Assembly: GCA_963842865.1 (NCBI GenBank)
Contig: CAWJIN010000007.1
Location: 15,855-79,854, forward strand
DNA length: 64,000 bases
From: Candidatus Bathyarchaeota archaeon
GTDB lineage: Archaea > Thermoproteota > Bathyarchaeia > Bathyarchaeales > Bathycorpusculaceae
Reading direction: 5' to 3'
Shown here: one piece after another, positions 40,741 to 48,409 of the stretch
Numbering within the stretch: the stretch's first letter is position 1
How the letters are laid out: every line of letters starts with the position of its first letter
Position numbers and translations under genes: made by a program
The notes under the pieces: model-generated
Databases searched by the model: none
Seen by the model: only the letters and a program-made list of their open reading frames with translations
Told to the model about the DNA's origin: nothing

Positions 40741-40841
40741 ACACACACTCACACACACAAAGTCAAAAACCCAAAATTAATTAGCCTTGTTTGACTGTGG
40801 TTATCGTAAAAAAAACAGTTCTTTTTTTGCGTAAATAGTAA

Positions 40842-41756
40842 TTATGTAACCGTTTTTTCACTATTCAACCATTTTTTGTTGAATTTTGCCCTATCAATGG
40901 CTTCTATTTCTATGACAGCATCTATTTTTTGGTTTTTCTTGCTCGATAAGTCTTCCATAGCTTGAATTGCACCTACTTGAATTGCGGATATGTTTTTGGC
41001 TTTTTCTTTTTCGATTTTCTTTCTTGCCTCCGCTAAGCGATTCCAGCAACCATTGCTAAAAATTTTGCATGTACGGCAACGACCACTACAGGGTAGTTGA
41101 TTTTTGGCTTTTTCATTGCTACATTCCTCGCTTTCTATGACTTCTAAGCTTTTTGGAACTTTAACGGTTGTTATGTATTCCCTTGAATCTATGTCTCGCC
41201 ACAAAACCCATTCGTCTGACTCGACATTTGGCTCTTTCTTGGTGAGCGGTTGACCCATAAGCGTTTTAGGTTCAGGGTAGTTTAGATAAGATTGAATTTG
41301 GGTTAGAATTACCCTTAGTATTTCTTGCGAATGGTTGGCATCATGAGTTTTTAAAAGGTAAGCTATTAAACTTCCCAAATATCTGTTAAAGTTATTGGTT
41401 GCTTGTTCCCTATCGGTTGACGTTCTAATTTTCTCCAACAGCATGTACAAATAAGAGGAGCTTAGATACTCAAGTGATACCCAATTAGGCGTTTCTATTA
41501 AATGATAACGTGGATGACTGCCAACGAAAATAACTTTCCCGACTTTTCGTTCTTCAAGTAGTTCGTTCAGAAGCTCGTTAAAATAGGCTCTTGCCAATCC
41601 ACTTTCAGCTAACCAATTTGAAAATGAAGCAAACTCTAACTCTAATTTAGCTAATGCCTCAAGCATTTTTCGTTTGGAAGCCTCTCTCATGGCTTTGTTT
41701 GTGTTTTGGTGCCTGATTTCGTTCTTGCTTTTGACCCTTCTCTTGCTTAGCGACAT
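40842..41756 (-). CDS. Putative winged-helix regulator with Cys cluster
   Basis: N-terminal HTH-like SFSNWLAESGLARAYFNELLNELLEERKVGK; CSGRCRTC...C motif. Confidence 0.55.
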   Translation of the reverse strand: MSLSKRRVKSKNEIRHQNTNKAMREASKRKMLEALAKLELEFASFSNWLAESGLARAYFNELLNELLEERKVGKVIFVGSHPRYHLIETPNWVSLEYLSSSYLYMLLEKIRTSTDREQATNNFNRYLGSLIAYLLKTHDANHSQEILRVILTQIQSYLNYPEPKTLMGQPLTKKEPNVESDEWVLWRDIDSREYITTVKVPKSLEVIESEECSNEKAKNQLPCSGRCRTCKIFSNGCWNRLAEARKKIEKEKAKNISAIQVGAIQAMEDLSSKKNQKIDAVIEIEAIDRAKFNKKWLNSEKTVT

Positions 41757-41776
41757 ACCGAACTACTTCCTTGATT

Positions 41777-41797
41777 TTAGTATGCTCAACATACTAA
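41777..41797. promoter_or_regulatory. Palindromic operator-like site between divergent genes
   Basis: TTAGTATG-CTCAA-CATACTAA, perfect 8-bp arms. Confidence 0.55.
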
Positions 41798-41837
41798 TAT
41801 GCCTTTTGTTAACATACGCTAATTATGGGATTAAAAT

Positions 41838-42659
41838 ATGGCGCAAATTAGTGCGTTTAAAAAAGATATTTTAGCTCCTCCTATAGAGGAGATTACTGTT
41901 CGAACGACACTCAACATTCAAAAAAGCAATGCTGAAGCCTTGTCAAGAATCGGCGCTTTCAAAAATCTCTCTTTAACCGCAATGGTTAATGAAGCTCTGA
42001 AGGACTATAGCGGAAAAATGAACAACGTACAAACAATTGACAAAATGATTAGCAAAACAAACGGTTTCTGGTTTGAGCGAGATGAAGACCAAGTAATTAT
42101 GCTATTGCCTATTGAAGTCGCCAAAAAAATGCTACCCTACCAAATAGCATACTTGTACTGTAATCTAAAAGACCAAGCAGACAGAGAAAGGACATTCTCC
42201 GCTCTAACCCTCAATGAAGAACTAAAACAAATCAACGCGTTAAACGGTGTACTGCAAAAATGCTCAGAATTTGACGGCGAAAAACTGAAGGGTTATAACA
42301 TTTACCAATTAGCCATTGACCTAAAAGCGAAACTGACAGGGATACAATATGACTACTTGAAGCTGAAATTAGGCACAGCCTCTCTCCAAAAACTCGAAGA
42401 ACGCCGACCCGATATATTTCCTGAGGTTGATGCACTCTCTCAAACTGACGGCAAAGAAGCGACTTTTTCTGAGGAAAACATGAATCCACCTTTAGATAGA
42501 GTTTTAGCTGTTACAGGGCTTAATAAGGAAGAATGGGAACAATTATCCAATGCAAAAAAACAAGAAATTCATAGCATCGTAAAAAATAATAAACCTGACC
42601 GCGCGAAGCAACTTATTTCAAGCGTAATCAAGTTAGCCCCACTCGTTGCTTTACTCTAA
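41838..42659 (+). CDS. Protein with N-terminal RHH domain
   Basis: VRTTLNIQKSNAEALSRIGAFKNLSLTAMVNEALKDY. Confidence 0.6.
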   Translation: MAQISAFKKDILAPPIEEITVRTTLNIQKSNAEALSRIGAFKNLSLTAMVNEALKDYSGKMNNVQTIDKMISKTNGFWFERDEDQVIMLLPIEVAKKMLPYQIAYLYCNLKDQADRERTFSALTLNEELKQINALNGVLQKCSEFDGEKLKGYNIYQLAIDLKAKLTGIQYDYLKLKLGTASLQKLEERRPDIFPEVDALSQTDGKEATFSEENMNPPLDRVLAVTGLNKEEWEQLSNAKKQEIHSIVKNNKPDRAKQLISSVIKLAPLVALL

Positions 42660-42675
42660 AACAAGGTGACGCTAC

Positions 42676-42930
42676 TTGTCTAATACTGACGCGATTATAG
42701 AGCCTATCGCAAAACCATTAACTAACAGAATCGACACTTTCGCCAAAGACGTAACTAACCAAATTGAAGCTTTCTTTAAAGAGAACAAAAAAGCAGTGTT
42801 AATCTGCCTTACAGTTGTCATCGTAATAATTTTAGTTTTAATTCGGCTTTCAAGCAACAATTCAAACAAAGGCATCGAAGCATTCAACCACAATCCAATA
42901 GTTAAAGAAAAAGCGGCGAAACATGCTTGA
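42676..42930 (+). CDS. Small single-pass membrane protein
   Basis: AVLICLTVVIVIILVLI TM; stop overlaps the recombinase start. Confidence 0.6.
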   Translation: MSNTDAIIEPIAKPLTNRIDTFAKDVTNQIEAFFKENKKAVLICLTVVIVIILVLIRLSSNNSNKGIEAFNHNPIVKEKAAKHA

Positions 42931-44447
42931 GTAGCCCTCGACAACTTGCTTCACCAAAACAAAGACGAGGCGCAATAACAACTGATGAGGACATACGGCG
43001 AGTTTTCAGCCACTTGGTAAAAGACACAGCAACAAGTCAATGGAAGCTTAGACCATTCAAAGGCATAATCAGAGGAGATAAACACAACAGCGAATTACGG
43101 CATGACATTGAAGTCGAAATAAGAAACGGCAGTCAATACGCCGATTACCTAAACATAGCAAAAAACACGCTATTAACCATCGTAAGAGACTTTCCGAACG
43201 GAGTACCAACAGGTAAAACACTTGCAGGTTCAAAAGTAAGCGAATATGAAAAAACGCTGTGTCACCAATACCTTGCAAAACACTACCAAAACGCTGTAAC
43301 AGGACAATGGAGCTTACAAGGCAAAGGTGTCGATGCAATGGGGCGCAACTTGTACATGATGTTTGGACAAAAAGACCCAGCACTGTTTACCTTAGAAATG
43401 TTCCAGCAAGCAAGAAACGACCCAAGATTCTTTGACGCACAAGGAAAAATCAAGTTTGCACCATTAAGCGATTTGCGATGCATTATGAAGTTTACAGCCT
43501 TACAAATTGAGGATTCGCCACTATCGCAAAGGCATTTTCAATTTCTCGAAGGTGACGAATGGGATACTACGGGAAAAAAGAACATCGGCGGCAAAAAAGA
43601 GGACTATCTGCAAGAATACGAACTAAAAGCATACGTTGAGAAAATCAATGAAGCCGATACTTTGATACTTCACCGATTAGGGTTAGAAGGCGGCGGCAGA
43701 ATCAGCAGCCAATTATTAATGGGTAAGACATTGCCAAACGGGTATCGCTGCCAACCGCTATCGGATTTAAACTGCATAAGTATGTTTGAGCCGAAAGTCG
43801 AGGGCAGCAAGACAGGCGGCAAAGTAAAACGCTATTTCACACCTGAAACAATGGCATTCTTCAAACGATGGACTGACGAAAATAACATAGTCGGCGCATG
43901 GTTCAACCGTTTTCCAACTGACGATGCTAACTATGTGAGCTACAGTAGCAGTTTGAAACTTGCAGGATACAGAGCAGGAATATGGCGCTTCAAAAGAGCA
44001 AAACAAGGCGAGCCACTTACACAAGGCGAAAAAGTAGCTCCCGACGGCAGAGTATACACGTTAAAAGCCTTCATTAACACCAAGAAAGGAACTCAGGACT
44101 ATCGTAAGCATTGGCTCACAGAAGGCAAGATAACAACAAGCCACACAGTCATGAAACATACATTCGTTAGTCTTGCGGGGCTTCACGGCTTAAGCTTAGA
44201 AGACTGCTCAGAGCAATGCGGAACCGACCCAACAACCATTAGAGACTTCTATCATGGCACTTTAGGCGAGAAGCTACGCTCCGTTATCTTGGGCGAAAAG
44301 TCTTTTGAACCGTGGAAAGATTGGGTACACCGCTTTGTTGAGCCGCTATACACTAATCGCTATAACCAATTGATGAGAGAGCACAAAACGACTATTGACC
44401 TGAAAGTGGCATCTCAAGAAGCGGCAGTCATGGCAGAGGTCGAATAG
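42927..44447 (+). CDS. Highly divergent tyrosine recombinase/integrase
   Basis: GLEGGGRISS (box I Arg), FEPK (Lys), SHTVMKHTFVS (box II variant), EQCGT..TIRDFY (Tyr). Confidence 0.7.
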   Translation: MSSPRQLASPKQRRGAITTDEDIRRVFSHLVKDTATSQWKLRPFKGIIRGDKHNSELRHDIEVEIRNGSQYADYLNIAKNTLLTIVRDFPNGVPTGKTLAGSKVSEYEKTLCHQYLAKHYQNAVTGQWSLQGKGVDAMGRNLYMMFGQKDPALFTLEMFQQARNDPRFFDAQGKIKFAPLSDLRCIMKFTALQIEDSPLSQRHFQFLEGDEWDTTGKKNIGGKKEDYLQEYELKAYVEKINEADTLILHRLGLEGGGRISSQLLMGKTLPNGYRCQPLSDLNCISMFEPKVEGSKTGGKVKRYFTPETMAFFKRWTDENNIVGAWFNRFPTDDANYVSYSSSLKLAGYRAGIWRFKRAKQGEPLTQGEKVAPDGRVYTLKAFINTKKGTQDYRKHWLTEGKITTSHTVMKHTFVSLAGLHGLSLEDCSEQCGTDPTTIRDFYHGTLGEKLRSVILGEKSFEPWKDWVHRFVEPLYTNRYNQLMREHKTTIDLKVASQEAAVMAEVE

Positions 44448-44474
44448 TCAGCTATTGCTTAGGAAGGGAAAAAC

Positions 44475-45374
44475 GTGAGCCAAGTAGAATTAAAAACCAA
44501 AAATGGGGTAATGAAACAATTACCTCAATTAGAGCCGCCAGCCTTCGACCTAACAGCCCAGCCGACCCCAGCGCCCGAAACGGAAGGAGAAGCAAAAACC
44601 GACACCGCCAAACTCATAGAGATTTTTAGCGTTTACAACACCGCCGAAGATGCAAAGGCACACATAAACGACGTAGCGACAGGAAAAAACAAGTTCAATC
44701 AACCATTCAGCAAGCCGCTATGTTACAAGGCAATTAACAAAAAAATCAGGTTCAAAGGCGACGCTGGAAAGATTGAAAGCCACGAAGCAACCGCCCACTT
44801 CGGCGAAGGCAACGAAATGCCGATTGAGCAAGAACAAAAAGCAACCGCCGAAGCGCCCGAAGTAACCGAGCCGCCCAGCTATGGCGAAGCACCGCCGGGC
44901 CAATTCGGAAGCTATGAAGCCGTAAAAGCAGAATTAACGCCCATTCAAGAACGAAGCGTAAAAGGCATAGTGGATAATGTTTTTAGCATTGCTGGATTAA
45001 AAGGCGACGGGAAAGGGGAAGGCACGCCATTCTTAACCGACCAAGAAAGCAAGGACACCGTAACCTTATTGCCTTATGTTCTTAAGAGAGCCATAAAAGC
45101 CGACATGACCCAAGACAACTTTGAGCTTCTTACTATCGGCATGCATGTTGGAAACTTAGCAACGAAAGCCGCTAAGGTACGCATAGAAAAAGGCAAAATG
45201 TTTAAAGAAGAAAAACCCGAAGCCGCCCAAGAAATACCGCCCGTAGGACTACCCGAACCCGAAGCAACAACCGAGCAACCGACCCCAGAGCAAACCGAAG
45301 TCTTAGCCGCCCTAAAAGAGAAAACGCTAACAATAGCCGAGCAGACAACCGCATTCAAAAAAAGGATGAGCTAA
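44475..45374 (+). CDS. Acidic Pro/Glu-rich hypothetical protein
   Basis: AGGAAGGG SD, GTG start, low-complexity linkers. Confidence 0.65.
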   Translation: MSQVELKTKNGVMKQLPQLEPPAFDLTAQPTPAPETEGEAKTDTAKLIEIFSVYNTAEDAKAHINDVATGKNKFNQPFSKPLCYKAINKKIRFKGDAGKIESHEATAHFGEGNEMPIEQEQKATAEAPEVTEPPSYGEAPPGQFGSYEAVKAELTPIQERSVKGIVDNVFSIAGLKGDGKGEGTPFLTDQESKDTVTLLPYVLKRAIKADMTQDNFELLTIGMHVGNLATKAAKVRIEKGKMFKEEKPEAAQEIPPVGLPEPEATTEQPTPEQTEVLAALKEKTLTIAEQTTAFKKRMS

Positions 45375-45444
45375 ATCCGACGTTTTAGGAAATAAACCGC
45401 ATAAACCCTTTTTCTCTTTTTAGTTTGAATTTAAGGTTGTTAGA

Positions 45445-46728
45445 ATGATTGAAAACCAACCAAATAAAGAAAATCAAAAGACAGAACACATGCACTTCGA
45501 TGCTTACATTGAGGATGATGTACGTCTCAAGAAAAAGGCTAAAGAAAATTTTGGTAACACACGAATGGGCTGCCAAGCTCTCTGTGAGCCTTGCATGAAA
45601 TTAAAACTTGATGAATTGGCTCCATTTTGTGTTTTTAACCCGAATGCTAAGAAAACAGACATAAATTTTAACGCTAACTTCCAAGATGCTGAACTTATTG
45701 ATGCGGTACAAAAAAAATATGACCTCCCAAGTAAAGGTGACGCTTTCCATGTTATCTGCAATGTTGACAGGGGAATTTCTGAAACCGCTGAAAGCACTCA
45801 GATACAAGTAAAGCAAGAACTTTCAATTGCAACTTACATACCGCCGATGCCGATTGCTGAGACTCAGCAAGAACAAGCAAACCGACTATTCAAGAATGAC
45901 GGTTACTGTCCTTCCCAAAAACGTATGATTCCCCTTAGTATTTTGCCTCCAAAATGCGAACAATGTGTAGATTCTCATAAATGCAAATGGTGTATAACCA
46001 AGAAACCTTCCGAGCGTGACCCCAGCGGTGACCGACTCAGAGAAGCCCTATTTTTGAAGCGTGAAGCCTTAGAATCGGAAGAGAAGATTAAGCTTGAAGC
46101 ATTGACTAAGGCGATGGATAAGAAAGACGAAATAGCTCAGAGACAATTTGAACGCGAATATAAACTGCAACTGCTTAAAGTTCCCCGAACTCTAACCTCT
46201 GAAAAAATAGATATGAACAGTTTAAACTGCTATGGCTGTTATAACGGTTCTGCCCCTATTCAAGTCGGAAAATGGCTTGGCGGTTCAGAAACCCCAACAT
46301 GGATAAAAGACAGCCGACAAAAAGACCAAGAAGAAATGAGGCAACGTTACATCGAGCAACTAATGAGAGAAAAAACAAGGGAAACTATCACATCAAAAGA
46401 CTTGGAAGAGCTACGACAGCTTGAAAAAATAGACCCTACTGCCATAGCAAAAATAGAACTATCACAAGAATTTGGCGTTCCTATCGAAAGCCTAAAATGC
46501 ATTGAACAGGTACAAGAACCCGAAATCCACGCATTAACCGATGAAGAAGAAAGCAATCTTAACGCATACTTCTATTTTCTGCATTTCTGTCTCAAGTGCA
46601 ACCGAGCTATATCACCATTAACGGGAGGCGTCATAATAAAAGCAACCTCTGACGTTGTTTTCGAGCAAAACCCAGCAGAAAATTTAAGAAATCTATCAAT
46701 AGCCGTACTTGGAGAGGTAGCAACTTGA
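45445..46728 (+). CDS. Cys-rich coiled-coil hypothetical protein
   Basis: Several CxxC motifs (CEPC, CEQC, CKWC, CYGC, CLKC) around coiled-coil segments. Confidence 0.65.
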   Translation: MIENQPNKENQKTEHMHFDAYIEDDVRLKKKAKENFGNTRMGCQALCEPCMKLKLDELAPFCVFNPNAKKTDINFNANFQDAELIDAVQKKYDLPSKGDAFHVICNVDRGISETAESTQIQVKQELSIATYIPPMPIAETQQEQANRLFKNDGYCPSQKRMIPLSILPPKCEQCVDSHKCKWCITKKPSERDPSGDRLREALFLKREALESEEKIKLEALTKAMDKKDEIAQRQFEREYKLQLLKVPRTLTSEKIDMNSLNCYGCYNGSAPIQVGKWLGGSETPTWIKDSRQKDQEEMRQRYIEQLMREKTRETITSKDLEELRQLEKIDPTAIAKIELSQEFGVPIESLKCIEQVQEPEIHALTDEEESNLNAYFYFLHFCLKCNRAISPLTGGVIIKATSDVVFEQNPAENLRNLSIAVLGEVAT

Positions 46729-46810
46729 AAACCTCAATAGATTTCACTAACGAAAAGACCAAAATCAGCCAAAAAACCGTTATGCCGCACATATTTGAAG
46801 GGAATGCTAA

Positions 46811-46939
46811 ATGAGCAACAGCTTCGAAGAAAAAACAATCAAAGCAGTAAAACAAGCCTTAATAGAAACTTATGGAGAATGCAAAGGAAACCTCATATAC
46901 GAAACCATCTTACCAAAAATCCAAGCAAAACTAAGGTAA
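46811..46939 (+). CDS. 42-aa hypothetical protein
   Basis: MSNSFEEKTIKAVKQALIETYGECKGNLIYETILPKIQAKLR; ATGA-coupled to a short ORF at 46725-46814. Confidence 0.4.
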   Translation: MSNSFEEKTIKAVKQALIETYGECKGNLIYETILPKIQAKLR

Positions 46940-47008
46940 GAAAATACCCTTGATACTTTTTTGGAAGTCTATAAGGCAAGATACAGAACTAAAGCGAGAG
47001 GTAGCCGC

Positions 47009-47362
47009 ATGACCGAAGAACCAGAAGCCCCGCCAATAGAAGAAACCGAGCAGCCAACAAAGATTGCTATAGCGCCCAGATTTACAAGGGAAGAAAGCGA
47101 CAAAATAGACAAGTACCGAGGCGAGAGAACTAAGACAGAATTTGTTTATGATTGCGTAGTCGCCCAGCTAAAAGTGTGCTTATTGCTTGGAACTGAAAAG
47201 AAAAAGCGAAGTGTAGTTTTGAAGCATGATTGCGGTGAAAAATTCGATGTATTACAAAGCGGCGAGAATGTCTTTTTAATCTGTAAGAAGTGCCACACAA
47301 GCGAGAAAATGACGAAAGCAACATACAACGACACTATAGCAAGAGAAGCGGCTAACCAATGA
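47009..47362 (+). CDS. RHH-like plus Zn-ribbon protein
   Basis: GAGGT SD; IAIAPRFTREESDKID...KTEFVYDCV; HxC...CxxC. Confidence 0.55.
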   Translation: MTEEPEAPPIEETEQPTKIAIAPRFTREESDKIDKYRGERTKTEFVYDCVVAQLKVCLLLGTEKKKRSVVLKHDCGEKFDVLQSGENVFLICKKCHTSEKMTKATYNDTIAREAANQ

Positions 47363-47365
47363 TTA

Positions 47366-47590
47366 ACGAGAAAACGAGCTGAGAACATCTTATACACGTG
47401 CAATTCCACGTTTAGTAAACATCATGAGTTGGAAGAGTCTGAATTAATAATAGGTGCAGACGGGCGAAAGCGGTGTCCTTATCATGGTGTACAAGTACGG
47501 GCACGACCTAACCACTATGCAAGGCAAGCGGCAAAGGTACGAAACAGAAAAAGACAGAAAAAACGATTAGCTATTCAAAAAGCGTCTTAA
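47366..47590 (+). CDS. Basic putative Zn-binding protein, probable ACG start (not in ORF track)
   Basis: (M)RKRAENILYTC...H...GRKRCPYHGVQVRARP; open frame directly after the upstream TGA. Confidence 0.45.
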   Translation, partial: TRKRAENILYTCNSTFSKHHELEESELIIGADGRKRCPYHGVQVRARPNHYARQAAKVRNRKRQKKRLAIQKAS

Positions 47591-47610
47591 AAGACTAAAG
47601 GAAATGTAAA

Positions 47611-47775
47611 ATGAGCGTTCAACTGCAAGAAAAGCCGCTTTGGGAAGTATATAAACCGAACTTTAGAGAGGAATATATTTGTTTGAAATGCCGAAAAATA
47701 ACTAACGAGAAAAGGGAAAATTGCCCTGATTGTGGTGGCGCTATGTGTGTTAGAATAGTCTCGCAAAGGCTTTAA
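47611..47775 (+). CDS. 54-aa Zn-ribbon protein (not in ORF track)
   Basis: YICLKC...NCPDCGG; AAGGA SD. Confidence 0.65.
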   Translation: MSVQLQEKPLWEVYKPNFREEYICLKCRKITNEKRENCPDCGGAMCVRIVSQRL

Positions 47776-47799
47776 AGCAAAAACAACCTATTCCTTTTT

Positions 47800-48105
47800 A
47801 TGGTTCTTCCGAAAAAACCACGCGAGCTTATTTCAATCGAGAAAAGACATGCTTCTTTTAACTGCCCTTGTTGCGGTTCAATGGATGAAATCGTTAAGAC
47901 TTTTAAGAACGGAACAGTAATCTTAGAATGCGCCAATTGCCATACCGATAAGGAAGAACGTTCGGAAAAAGAGCTATCGTTTTTGAAAGAGGATACTTGG
48001 CGAGTACGTAAACCTTGCTCTGAATGTGGAAGTAAAAAACGCTATGGCACTATCGAAAACGGTATAGAAGTAACTCGCTGCGCCTATTGTGACGCTATCC
48101 AATGA
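47800..48105 (+). CDS. Double Zn-ribbon protein
   Basis: CPCC..CANC and CSEC..CAYC. Confidence 0.65.
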   Translation: MVLPKKPRELISIEKRHASFNCPCCGSMDEIVKTFKNGTVILECANCHTDKEERSEKELSFLKEDTWRVRKPCSECGSKKRYGTIENGIEVTRCAYCDAIQ

Positions 48106-48409
48106 GACTAAAAAACAGAGGGATACCCTTTAAGTGCCTTCGGCGCACGATTTCCTTAAAATGGTAAAAAAGATGACCCTTTTCAAAATTTAAGCGTGTT
48201 TTATTCCTCTTTTGGTTAGATAAGCTCAAATCTTGAAGTGTGCAACAAGGTTCTTCTGGAACAATTTAAAGGAGAATAATGCAAGTGCTGCTCACGACTA
48301 ACTAGGCTAATATCGTGAATTCAACCCGAGCCTTCTCAGCCCTCTCTATCGTACTTCAGCAGATGGATAAACAAAAAAAAGAAGGAAAAATGTGTGCGTT
48401 CTTATTGCG

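Larger units (their letters stand above)
39552..48252. mobile_element. Integrated element (integrative plasmid or proviral remnant), ~8.7 kb
   Basis: Divergent tyrosine recombinase, RHH and Zn-ribbon small ORFs, no core genes; flanked by AAGTGTGCAA(T/C)AAGGTT direct repeat. Confidence 0.75.

Noticed and set aside
40741-40759. (CA)n microsatellite
   Set aside because: Short, imperfect and intergenic; no evidence of phase variation
39417-48357. Terminal inverted repeats (GTAC..ATAG..GGGCTGAGA) around the element
   Set aside because: Only a 9-bp exact match with gapped flanks; too weak to call
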